64,000 nucleotides of DNA from an uncultured Candidatus Saccharibacteria bacterium (GTDB lineage Bacteria; Patescibacteriota; Saccharimonadia; CAZBQI01): contig CAZBQI010000003.1 of assembly GCA_964494105.1 (NCBI GenBank), positions 21,737-85,736 on the forward strand, written 5' to 3'. Made by a program: the position numbers and the translations under genes. The notes beneath the pieces are model-generated. The model did not search any database. It was not told the origin of the DNA and saw only the letters and a list, made by a program, of their open reading frames with translations. Positions within the stretch are counted from its first letter, which is position 1. Every line of letters begins with the position of its first letter. Shown one piece after another: positions 43,098-51,984 of this stretch.

Positions 43098-43409
43098 TTG
43101 TCGATTGATCGAGATCCGACGCCAAGTCGGGAGCAGCTAGCATTTGAAGCTTATGAAGTAACAGGCGTAGATACTGTTGCTTCAATGGTACATGTTATTG
43201 GGTTTGAGGATGGAGCTCAGATAGATATGCGAATACCTGTTTTTCGTATAGAGTCTGCTAATCCCGGTGTTGTTGAGGAGTTAGCACCTGGTGATTATAT
43301 TATTTACACATTGGTGCGTGTTGGTGAGCTACGGGGTTTAAGTCCACCAATAATGACTGAAAGCTATCAGAGGATTCCGCCTGTAGATGTTGAGACAGAT
43401 TTCTCTTGA
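43098..43409 (+). CDS. hypothetical acidic protein
   Basis: ORF with upstream GAGG and a promoter-like TTGTAA..TAAGAT; TTG start uncertain. Confidence 0.55.
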   Translation: MSIDRDPTPSREQLAFEAYEVTGVDTVASMVHVIGFEDGAQIDMRIPVFRIESANPGVVEELAPGDYIIYTLVRVGELRGLSPPIMTESYQRIPPVDVETDFS

Positions 43410-43472
43410 GCGTAAGATATATTTCAAATAGAATACGGGTGTTAATAACTTATAGGAGGCTTGGAGATAGGC

Positions 43473-43967
43473 ATGGGTACAGATATTCAATCGGGTAGCA
43501 TTGATCCATCGATACGCGTCGGGAATGAGGTGGTTGGTGCTGATGTTATTCGGTCATTTCTTGACCGCAACGACGTATCTCCTTTTTTTGCAGGGTTTGG
43601 AGATGTATTGTCTGCCCAAACGCATTCGTATCACGAAATAGTCGAGCTAAACTCAGGTGGCAATATATTGTTTGCAATTCGGACTGGCAGATTTGACCAT
43701 TCAGGCGCGACAGATGCAGACGTAGATACGGCTGACCTTGACACAATTCTATTTGACTCTGCCGACTTAGTGTCCGATTATAGGTCTTTTGCGGGTTCAC
43801 GTGGGTTAGTGGAGTTACCGTTAAGTGGACCTAGTAGAGTGGCTCATTTTGCGTCAGGTGATAAGGTTTATGTTATCGCGGAAACTAACACCAAAATTCC
43901 ATCACTCAGCGCAGACTTCGATCCCGATGCCACAATACCCACGCCCCCGGTGTCGGCACACTCATAA
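43473..43967 (+). CDS. hypothetical acidic protein
   Basis: Promoter TTGAGC-17-TAGAAT at 43406-43434; GGAG 6 nt before ATG 43473. Confidence 0.6.
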   Translation: MGTDIQSGSIDPSIRVGNEVVGADVIRSFLDRNDVSPFFAGFGDVLSAQTHSYHEIVELNSGGNILFAIRTGRFDHSGATDADVDTADLDTILFDSADLVSDYRSFAGSRGLVELPLSGPSRVAHFASGDKVYVIAETNTKIPSLSADFDPDATIPTPPVSAHS

Positions 43968-43986
43968 GGTTGGTATAATAGTGTCA

Positions 43987-44232
43987 ATGATATGGCAGGA
44001 TTTAGTTTTCGGCATTGGGAGTTTTATATTTTCAATTGCATTAGTGCCAAGCATTATCGGTAAAGATAAACCAGCAATCGGGACGAGTTTAAGTACAGCT
44101 CTGGTTTTAACAACATTTGTTATTGCATACATTACATTGAGCTTCTGGCTAGCAGTCATTGCAATTAGTATGACTATGATGGCTTGGTACATTCTAGCTT
44201 TTCAAAAATATTTACAAACAAAGCAAAAATGA
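43987..44232 (+). CDS. 3-TM small membrane protein, SemiSWEET/PQ-loop-like
   Basis: MIWQDLVFGIGSFIFSIALVPSII..., three hydrophobic helices; TGgTATAAT 7 nt upstream; ATGA overlap with the next gene. Confidence 0.65.
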   Translation: MIWQDLVFGIGSFIFSIALVPSIIGKDKPAIGTSLSTALVLTTFVIAYITLSFWLAVIAISMTMMAWYILAFQKYLQTKQK

Positions 44233-45023
44233 CACAAGATCTAGTATCGCTACAGAAACACGCTGAACAGATCGTTAAAACTGCTGCCGACAAGCTAAAG
44301 CCATACTTTGGCAATGTTAAGTACGAACAGAAGTCCAATGCTGATTATTTTGATGTAGTAACCGAATTAGACAAATCAACAGAGAAAACAATTTCATCAG
44401 AACTTGAAAAGGTTGACCCCAGCTTTGGTTTTTACGGAGAAGAATTTGGCCAGGCAAGAAAAGGTAAACGGCAATGGATACTAGACCCAATTGACGGAAC
44501 ATCACTGTTTATTCGTGGCATTCCGTTTTGTAGCACGATGTTGGCGTTGGCTGAAGGCCCCGATGTGCTCATATCTATAATAGTGAATATTGCCAATGGG
44601 GATGTATACACTGCCATTAAAGATGGCGGGGCTAAGAAGAACGGTAAAGCTATTAAGGTCAGTACTCGAAGTTTGAATGAAGCTTACATTGGCTTTGAAA
44701 TAAATCGAAGTATTGCTGGCAATAATGAAATTGCAGAGCGGTTTAGCTCCTTAAGTGCTCCGTATAAAACAATGAACAGCGGATGGGAATTTTGCATGAC
44801 AGCCGAAGGCAAGCTGGATGGTCGCATCCAAAAAGACCCTTGGGGCGGTATTTACGACTTCGCGCCTGGTTCCTTATTGGTGCGCGAGGCTGGAGGCATA
44901 GTTAATAATATAGGCGAATCTACCTTCGATTATCGAAATTTAAATATTATTGCTACAAATAAGCGAATTTATAGTGAGTTGACAGAGGGCAGAGATGCCC
45001 TTTTCCCGGTAAGCAAGAAATGA
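44229..45023 (+). CDS. inositol monophosphatase-family phosphatase
   Basis: VTELD..E, GEE, WILDPIDGT..F, YDFAPG.LLVREAGG. Confidence 0.92.
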   Translation: MTQDLVSLQKHAEQIVKTAADKLKPYFGNVKYEQKSNADYFDVVTELDKSTEKTISSELEKVDPSFGFYGEEFGQARKGKRQWILDPIDGTSLFIRGIPFCSTMLALAEGPDVLISIIVNIANGDVYTAIKDGGAKKNGKAIKVSTRSLNEAYIGFEINRSIAGNNEIAERFSSLSAPYKTMNSGWEFCMTAEGKLDGRIQKDPWGGIYDFAPGSLLVREAGGIVNNIGESTFDYRNLNIIATNKRIYSELTEGRDALFPVSKK

Positions 45024-45550
45024 AGATAGCTGTCGGTTCAGAAAATCCGATTAAGCTAGAGGCTGTAGAAGATGGCTTTCGTAAGGTGTTTCCACAAGAA
45101 AAAATAGATGTTATTGGAGTCAATGCAAAAAGTGGCGTCAGCGAACAGCCACTTAGTGACGCCGAGATGATGAGAGGCGCCAAGAATCGCGCTAAGTCTG
45201 CTATCAAGAAAGTTGCAGGAGCTGATTACGGCGTGGGCTTAGAGGGCGGGCTAAACGAGCATGATGGTGAATGGTATGGACGTAGCTGGATGTCGATTAT
45301 AGATAAAAAAGGTACTCGTGGAATGGGATCGAGTGTTAGCTGTTATATTCCTCCCAAAATGATGGAGCTTGTGCATAAGGGTAAAGACCTTAAGACGGTT
45401 TGCGAAGAGCTATTTGGTATCGAAGACATCGGTCGCAAAGAGGGCTACTTTGGCTTACTTACTAATAATGCCATTACCCGTACCAGCGGCTATAGCGACG
45501 GTATTGTTATGGCTCTATCTAATTTTGTGCGACCGAAAAACGTACGTTAA
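45020..45550 (+). CDS. yjjX: inosine/xanthosine triphosphatase (YjjX/DUF84)
   Basis: VGSENPIK..AV, SGVSEQP, GAKNRA, VGLEGG, GLLT...R. Confidence 0.88.
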   Translation: MKIAVGSENPIKLEAVEDGFRKVFPQEKIDVIGVNAKSGVSEQPLSDAEMMRGAKNRAKSAIKKVAGADYGVGLEGGLNEHDGEWYGRSWMSIIDKKGTRGMGSSVSCYIPPKMMELVHKGKDLKTVCEELFGIEDIGRKEGYFGLLTNNAITRTSGYSDGIVMALSNFVRPKNVR

Positions 45551-45567
45551 TTCGCTATAATATAGTG

Positions 45568-46512
45568 ATGAAGCGACTTTGGGCACTGCTACCAATAGTA
45601 ATTGTACTGATAATGGCTACGCAGTACCAAGCAATTATCGATTGGTATAACTTACAAACTTTTCAGCCGAGCGCTCAAGTGCAGGCAATTGCCGAGCAAA
45701 CCACTATGACTCCAGAAGGCAAGCGATATTTTTATTTAGCCAGGCCTCAGCTTGATAATAAAACAACGTTTAATCAGCACTGTCCTACCGGTGAGCTTAC
45801 TCAGGTTTTGGGTTGTTACAACCGAAATAGAATATATATTTTAGATGTAGATAAAGCCGAGCTAGAGAAAGTAGAAGACGTCACCGGTGCACACGAAATG
45901 CTTCATGCTGCTTACGACCGCCTTACTGCTGGTGAAAAATCTAAAGTAGATGAAGAACTTGAAAGTTATTACGCCACAGTTATCGACCCAAAACTGCGTG
46001 AGCTAATAGCTCAATATGATCGAGCCGAGCCGGGCGAACGGCTCAATGAGCTTCATTCAATTTTACCGACTCAGGTAGAGACACTAAGCCCGACACTTGA
46101 GGAATACTACAAGCGGTATTTCACAAACCGCCAAGCGATTGTGGCAAGCTATAAGCAGTACGAAGGTGTTTTTGATAGCTTGCAGTCACGTTACGATACG
46201 CTGAAAAACGAGATAGACTCGTTGAAAAAAGAGATTGATGTTGCCAAAGCAGAATATGAAGATGCAGCTGCCGAAGCGGATAGACTTACCGCTCAAATTA
46301 CTAGTTTGCGTAACAGAGGTAAGAGCGCCGAATCTAATCAGCTGGTACCCGCCCAAAATGCAGCGGTAAATAAGGTTAACGCGTTGGCTAATGAGATAAA
46401 AGTAATGGTAAACACCTATAATGCCGACGTAGATGAGGTCAATCGCCTGGCGCTAGAGCAAAATGAGCTTGTGCAGTCGCTGAATAGTAGTCAGCTTGCG
46501 CCAGCAAGATAG
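45568..46512 (+). CDS. membrane-anchored/secreted HEXXH protein with C-terminal coiled coil
   Basis: N-terminal hydrophobic segment, LGCY, AHEMLHAAY, NELHS, long heptad C-terminus; TATAAT 6 nt upstream. Confidence 0.75.
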   Translation: MKRLWALLPIVIVLIMATQYQAIIDWYNLQTFQPSAQVQAIAEQTTMTPEGKRYFYLARPQLDNKTTFNQHCPTGELTQVLGCYNRNRIYILDVDKAELEKVEDVTGAHEMLHAAYDRLTAGEKSKVDEELESYYATVIDPKLRELIAQYDRAEPGERLNELHSILPTQVETLSPTLEEYYKRYFTNRQAIVASYKQYEGVFDSLQSRYDTLKNEIDSLKKEIDVAKAEYEDAAAEADRLTAQITSLRNRGKSAESNQLVPAQNAAVNKVNALANEIKVMVNTYNADVDEVNRLALEQNELVQSLNSSQLAPAR

Positions 46513-46544
46513 CATAATACGTCCTACTCTCGTAAGATTAAATA

Positions 46545-47156
46545 ATGACAGATACAGTAAATCAAGAATCGAGCAATCCGCCTAACGGCCCTGAGTTTTT
46601 CGATGTCTTAGCGGTGCACAAGGCGATTGATGAGGCTAGAAGGGTGGGAATTGGTCATGGTCATGGTTTTCTTCGATCGGGTTTAGCCTTACCTGGAGTC
46701 AAAGACTATATAAGTGCAAGCAAAAAGCGTAGCGATACGAGACAATTTCCAGCAACTAAAAATATGATTGTTGATAATCCCCTGGTTCTTACATTCAAAA
46801 ATGGTTTTTCTCTAGATCCAATTATTGCAGCATTAGATAGCGCAGTCGCAGTGCACTATAATGTTGAAAATCTTCAGACGGAATCCTCAAGTATGGTTAT
46901 ATATGAACCAAGTGGACATACGCCAATGCATTCAGATCCTGCAATACTTAGGCTAGTTCTTACTCTGGCTGGTGAAGGTACAGAGGAGTATCGTGAATGG
47001 GGTGAAAACAGAACTGAGCACCACCACGCTTCACCTGGCAACATTACTGCTATGATGGCGATCCCAGGAGAAGAATTCCTACCATTACACGGAGTTTTGC
47101 CTGTGACAGAAGGGCGTGCAATAGTTGAGACTTCATATAAACTACAGAGAACTTAA
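46545..47156 (+). CDS. putative 2OG-Fe(II) oxygenase-fold protein
   Basis: YEP.GHTPMHSD, LVLTL.GEG, PG, HGVLPVTEGR (HxD...H...R facial triad pattern). Confidence 0.6.
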   Translation: MTDTVNQESSNPPNGPEFFDVLAVHKAIDEARRVGIGHGHGFLRSGLALPGVKDYISASKKRSDTRQFPATKNMIVDNPLVLTFKNGFSLDPIIAALDSAVAVHYNVENLQTESSSMVIYEPSGHTPMHSDPAILRLVLTLAGEGTEEYREWGENRTEHHHASPGNITAMMAIPGEEFLPLHGVLPVTEGRAIVETSYKLQRT

Positions 47157-47164
47157 GGGGTAAA

Positions 47165-48475
47165 ATGGCTAAAAACAGCGCTAGATTTGTCTGTCAAGAG
47201 TGCGGTAATGTTGAATCCAAATGGAGTGGTAAGTGTGGCAACTGCGGCTCGTGGAATAGTTTTGTCGAAGAAAAGGCTGTAACGAACTCGGCCGGAATAG
47301 CCAGTGGCGCTAAGCTCCAGGCAACACCGGCAACGAAAATAAAAGCCAATACGCAAACAGCTCGTTTAAGTTCTGACATCGACGAGGTTGATCAAGTTTT
47401 AGGCGGAGGCATTATTCCCGGTAGTGTTATCTTGTTAGCTGGTGAGCCTGGGATTGGCAAATCTACACTTCTATTGCAGCTTGCAAACTCTTTAGCTCAG
47501 AAATCTCGTGTGCTTTATGTCAGTGGCGAAGAATCGTTGAATCAGATAAAATTGCGGGCTGATCGGCTGAATACTCTAAACGTGATGCTTGAATTGGCGA
47601 CATCTACCAGTAGTGATGATATAGCGGTGACTATTTCTAGCGGTGAATATCAGCTGGTAGTTGTGGATTCTATTCAAACGATGGCAACGGCGGGTGTGTC
47701 TTCCAGCGCTGGTACGGTTAGTCAAATTACCAACAGTGCGCAGTTACTGCAAAATGCCGCCAAAAATAGCCATACGGCCGTATTAATTGTTGGTCATGTC
47801 ACCAAAGAAGGCAACATTGCGGGCCCGAAAATACTCGAGCACCTGGTAGACGTAGTACTGCATCTAGAGGGCGAGCGTTTTGGAGGGTTCAAGTTGTTGA
47901 GGGGCGTAAAGAACCGCTTTGGTTCTACCAATGAAGTCGGTATTTTTGAGATGAATTCTGATGGCATGAAACCGGTGCAGAACCCGTCTGAGGCATTTTT
48001 GGCCGAACGCAGTGGAGGTGATGGTTCCGTAGTGTTCCCAAGTCTAGAAGGCTCCCGAGCGGTGCTTGTAGAGGTTCAAGCGTTAGTGAGCGCCAGTCCT
48101 TTTGGCTACCCCAAACGTACAGCCGTTGGTTTTGACTTAAATCGGTTAAATCTACTCGTAGCCGTTTTAAGCCGTCGCGCCGGACTAAATCTGGGCACAC
48201 AAGACATATACGTAAATATAGTTGGTGGCTTAAGGCTGGCTGAGCCAGCGGCCGACTTAGCCGTGTGTATGGCAATCGCATCCGCTTTTCGTAAAAAGCC
48301 ACTAATAGACAAAACAGTTGTTTTTGGCGAAGTTGGCTTAAGCGGAGAAGTAAGGCGTGTAGAACAACCGGAAAAGCGTCTGTCTGAAGCTAAGAAGTTG
48401 AAGTTTACAAATTATATTAGCGTGGCTAACACAAGGACTATTGTAGAGGCCATCAAGAAAGGAATTACTACATGA
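47165..48475 (+). CDS. radA: DNA repair protein RadA/Sms
   Basis: C4 zinc finger, GEPGIGKS, KNRFG, Lon-like C-terminus. Confidence 0.97.
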   Translation: MAKNSARFVCQECGNVESKWSGKCGNCGSWNSFVEEKAVTNSAGIASGAKLQATPATKIKANTQTARLSSDIDEVDQVLGGGIIPGSVILLAGEPGIGKSTLLLQLANSLAQKSRVLYVSGEESLNQIKLRADRLNTLNVMLELATSTSSDDIAVTISSGEYQLVVVDSIQTMATAGVSSSAGTVSQITNSAQLLQNAAKNSHTAVLIVGHVTKEGNIAGPKILEHLVDVVLHLEGERFGGFKLLRGVKNRFGSTNEVGIFEMNSDGMKPVQNPSEAFLAERSGGDGSVVFPSLEGSRAVLVEVQALVSASPFGYPKRTAVGFDLNRLNLLVAVLSRRAGLNLGTQDIYVNIVGGLRLAEPAADLAVCMAIASAFRKKPLIDKTVVFGEVGLSGEVRRVEQPEKRLSEAKKLKFTNYISVANTRTIVEAIKKGITT

Positions 48476-49170
48476 TAATTGTTATTTTACTATTACAGCT
48501 ACTAACCATCATTTTAGTTATTTGGCTGAGAGGAAGAATGCAAACTAGTACTGCAGGGAATGTGCCAAAATACGTGGTCGATACGTCCGCCCTAATTGAT
48601 GGTCGCATGGAAAACGTAGCCAAACATGGTTTTATGCCAGGAACCATATTTATCCCAAAGTTCGTCTTGGCAGAGTTGCAACACATTGCCGACAGTACAA
48701 ACGAACTAAGACGTTCTCGCGGGCGATTTGGCCTTGAGCTTGTGCGCACATTACAAGCATCATCTGAAACTGACGTTATCATTATTAATGATAACCCAAC
48801 CAAAATAGCCAAAGTAGACGACAAGTTAGTAGAGGTGGCGAAAAAAAGGCGCGCCGCCATTATTACTACCGATTTTAACTTAAATCGAGTAGCCGTAATT
48901 CAGGATGTAACAGTGTTAAACGTTAATGAACTGGCTCATGCCTTAAGACCCATCGTTTTGCCCGGGGAAGAAGTTGTAATTAAGCTTGTTCAAAAAGGAA
49001 GCGATGCTCATCAAGGGGTTGGCTATCTAGAGGATGGAACAATGGTCGTGGTTGATCATGCCAATCGCTTAATTGGGCGCGAAGTAAAAGTAAATGTAAC
49101 CAGAATAATGCAAACAGTAGCAGGTAAAATGCTATTCGCTAGTTTGGTTAAAAGAGCGCAAAAAGATTAA
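48472..49170 (+). CDS. PIN/TRAM domain protein (YacL-like)
   Basis: VDTSALIDGR, RGRFGL, TTDFNL, QGVGYLEDGTMVVV; follows radA. Confidence 0.92.
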   Translation: MIIVILLLQLLTIILVIWLRGRMQTSTAGNVPKYVVDTSALIDGRMENVAKHGFMPGTIFIPKFVLAELQHIADSTNELRRSRGRFGLELVRTLQASSETDVIIINDNPTKIAKVDDKLVEVAKKRRAAIITTDFNLNRVAVIQDVTVLNVNELAHALRPIVLPGEEVVIKLVQKGSDAHQGVGYLEDGTMVVVDHANRLIGREVKVNVTRIMQTVAGKMLFASLVKRAQKD

Positions 49171-51868
49171 ATAGCTCTTGAAAGACTGGCATGTTCTGAA
49201 TTCTTCTTAGTGTTGTTGGTGCTTGGGTGTAGTCGATACTAACAGTTGCCGCTCCACTGTATAGCGCGGCATCAGTGACTTCTGCTGTGAATGTATAGTT
49301 GCCTGTGGCTGTGGGAGTATAGGTAGTTACAAAAGTACCACTTCCGTTGATGGCCGGTGAGTTTATTACCTGGCCGTTGTATTTAATTTCAAGCTTGTTA
49401 GCAATATGTGTGCCGCTACTAACGCTAGTGGTTATCTGGATTGTGTTACCAGATGTTTGTGCAGTTAAGCTCACTGTTGGTTTTACGTCAGTACATTTGT
49501 GCAAGTCGTCGGTTGCCGAACCGGCGGGCACATTGCCACCACCGCCGATACCCAGGCCGAGTGTAGCTCCCAGTTGCTGAACCGGCGGGTTCCAACGAGC
49601 AAAAGCCGGATCGCTGGGTGGAATCTCGGCCTCAAGTCCTTGCCCGGTAACTGTTTGTTTGGCGGCCTCGGGCGTACATGCCGTTGCAATCTTGTTTGAT
49701 ACTTTGTCGATTACTACCGTTTGACTACCTGCTGGTGGTTTGGCTGTGTACCAAGAAGGAAAAACATCGGTATGTCGCACACGAGTATTTGGCCCGGGCA
49801 TTTTGCCGGTGAAAGAATCAAGTGTAACCTGCTTAATGCCTGCGGGCTTATCGAACTGCTTATTTGGTACCCCTTCTAGTGCTTTCTTCATAAAGGCCGC
49901 CCAAGTTGTACCGGTTAAACGACTGGTAATACCTGACATGCTGCGGTTTTGTGTATGGCCAACCCAAACTCCAGTGACCAAATCAGGTGAATAGCCTATC
50001 ATCCAGCCGTCTTTATTTTTATCGGTAGTTCCGGTTTTAACTGCCGTTACATGGCCAGGTATGTTCATGTCCGGGTTGTTGCGACCAAACGTAGTTGTAC
50101 GGGTACTGTCGTCGCTGAGGATGTTATTAATTAAATACGAAACCTGGGGGTCTAGAACTCTTTTGCCTTTTGGATTTGAATTATCAATTAGAGTTTTGCC
50201 CTGAGGATTAGTGACTTTTAGAATCGGTGTTTGTGGATAGTGCATGCCACCGTTGGCAAATGATTGGTAAGCATTGACGTGATCTGCCAGTTTAATTTCA
50301 CCGGCGCCAAGCACCAGGCTTAACCCGAAATCACTTGGATTCTGCAGAGTGGTTATCCCCATGCTGTGGGCTGTATCTAAGGCTGCCTGCAAACCGACAA
50401 TATACAGCATTTTTACGGCTGGAATATTAAATGAGTTGTTTATTGCACTTCTTATGGTCATTTGGCCATGAAAGCGGTTGTCGTAGTTATTTGGAACGTA
50501 GCCGCCAAAATCGGTTCTGACGTCATACATAACGCTTCCTGGACCCCAGTTATTTGTTTTAAACCCAGTTGCATATACGTATGGCTTAAAGCTCGAACCC
50601 GGCTGTCTCCGTGCTAGTGCCGCATTAAATGTACCGAACTCCGGATAGTTGAAGTCCCGACTTCCAACCATAGCGAGGACTTGTCCGTTCTTTGGATCAC
50701 CAGCAACAAGCGCGATATTGTTTCCGCCGGCTCTATCTACCACACCAATACCATTTTTAACTGCTTCCTCGGCTTTTGCTTGTTTATCAAGATCAAGGGT
50801 AGTAATAACTTTTAGACCACCTTCGGTAACCTGCTTGTTGCCAAGTTTTTCTTCTAATACCGATTGGGCATGTAGCACAAAGTGGGGTGCGGTCATGTCA
50901 CGGTAGAGGTTGGGCGTATTGTTGACTTTGGCCAGAGTATCGGTAGCTTTAGCGGTTTTCGCCTGATCGGCTGTAATATAGCCTTGTTCTTGCATTTGAG
51001 TAATAACTAAATCACGACGGTTTTTGAGGTCTTCGGTATTTGCACCGTATGGAGAGTAGTAGCTTGGAGCTCTCGGTAGGGCCGCAAGCATGGCCGCCTC
51101 ATCAATCGTTAAGTCTTTGGCCGGTTTAGAAAAATACGTCTTTGAGGCCGCTTGTACGCCATAGGCCAATGTGCCGTAGGGTATTTCATTTAAATAAAGT
51201 TCTAGGATGTCGTCTTTGCTGTAGAGCTGCTCAATTTGAATCGATAAAATTAGCTCTTTTATTTTTCGAGAAAAGGTTCGCTCTGGCGATAACAAGGCAT
51301 TCTTGACGTACTGCTGGGTAATGGTAGAGCCACCCTGAATGGTATCGCTACTTTTAAAGACATTATTAACGGCAGCGCGCAGTATCCCAAAACTACTAAA
51401 AGCCCCATGATTATAAAAATCCTTATCTTCTATCGCAATTGTCGCGTGCTTGATGTTGTCGTTCATATCATTTAGGTCGACAACGGTGCGATTTTTATCG
51501 CCGTATACCTCATATAACAATTTTTGCCCTGTGCGGTCATAAAATCGAGTTGTTTGAGCGAGTCCAAGACTATTTACTTTACCCGGGCTCGGCAAGTCCT
51601 TGGCAAAGAACAGGAATAAACCGGCAATACTAATGAATAGCAATCCTGCGCTCACGCCGGCAATTTTGAGTGCTGTTATTTTACCTTCATGGGTAAACCA
51701 AAAATCGGTAAACCGTTTCGGATTCATGTACCACAGCCATCGGCGATACCATTTATTCGGTGGGTTCACATTGGCATGCGCGCGGAGTTTGCGTGCGACT
51801 CTAGCTGAGTCCGCAGTACTCTTGAAACGTTTTACCGGAGATTTTAGGATGCGCTTTATTCGACTCAT
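49148..51868 (-). CDS. class A penicillin-binding protein (transglycosylase-transpeptidase)
   Basis: TM anchor, EDKDFY.H, GGSTITQQ, RKIKE, SSFK, SFN, KTGT, C-terminal Ig-like domain. Confidence 0.95.
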   Translation of the reverse strand: MSRIKRILKSPVKRFKSTADSARVARKLRAHANVNPPNKWYRRWLWYMNPKRFTDFWFTHEGKITALKIAGVSAGLLFISIAGLFLFFAKDLPSPGKVNSLGLAQTTRFYDRTGQKLLYEVYGDKNRTVVDLNDMNDNIKHATIAIEDKDFYNHGAFSSFGILRAAVNNVFKSSDTIQGGSTITQQYVKNALLSPERTFSRKIKELILSIQIEQLYSKDDILELYLNEIPYGTLAYGVQAASKTYFSKPAKDLTIDEAAMLAALPRAPSYYSPYGANTEDLKNRRDLVITQMQEQGYITADQAKTAKATDTLAKVNNTPNLYRDMTAPHFVLHAQSVLEEKLGNKQVTEGGLKVITTLDLDKQAKAEEAVKNGIGVVDRAGGNNIALVAGDPKNGQVLAMVGSRDFNYPEFGTFNAALARRQPGSSFKPYVYATGFKTNNWGPGSVMYDVRTDFGGYVPNNYDNRFHGQMTIRSAINNSFNIPAVKMLYIVGLQAALDTAHSMGITTLQNPSDFGLSLVLGAGEIKLADHVNAYQSFANGGMHYPQTPILKVTNPQGKTLIDNSNPKGKRVLDPQVSYLINNILSDDSTRTTTFGRNNPDMNIPGHVTAVKTGTTDKNKDGWMIGYSPDLVTGVWVGHTQNRSMSGITSRLTGTTWAAFMKKALEGVPNKQFDKPAGIKQVTLDSFTGKMPGPNTRVRHTDVFPSWYTAKPPAGSQTVVIDKVSNKIATACTPEAAKQTVTGQGLEAEIPPSDPAFARWNPPVQQLGATLGLGIGGGGNVPAGSATDDLHKCTDVKPTVSLTAQTSGNTIQITTSVSSGTHIANKLEIKYNGQVINSPAINGSGTFVTTYTPTATGNYTFTAEVTDAALYSGAATVSIDYTQAPTTLRRIQNMPVFQELFNLFALF

Positions 51869-51984
51869 AAGGTTGTTATATTCTACCCCAAATATCACTC
51901 CATTATAGCGAAAAACTGGCCATTTTGGAACTGATTAGTCTATACTCATAAAGAATCGAACTACCCCTATAAAAATGGAGAGAC

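Noticed and set aside
42652-43185. 177-aa antisense ORF, and the many other short antisense ORFs over core genes
   Set aside because: They shadow better-supported genes, carry no motifs and lack expression signals.
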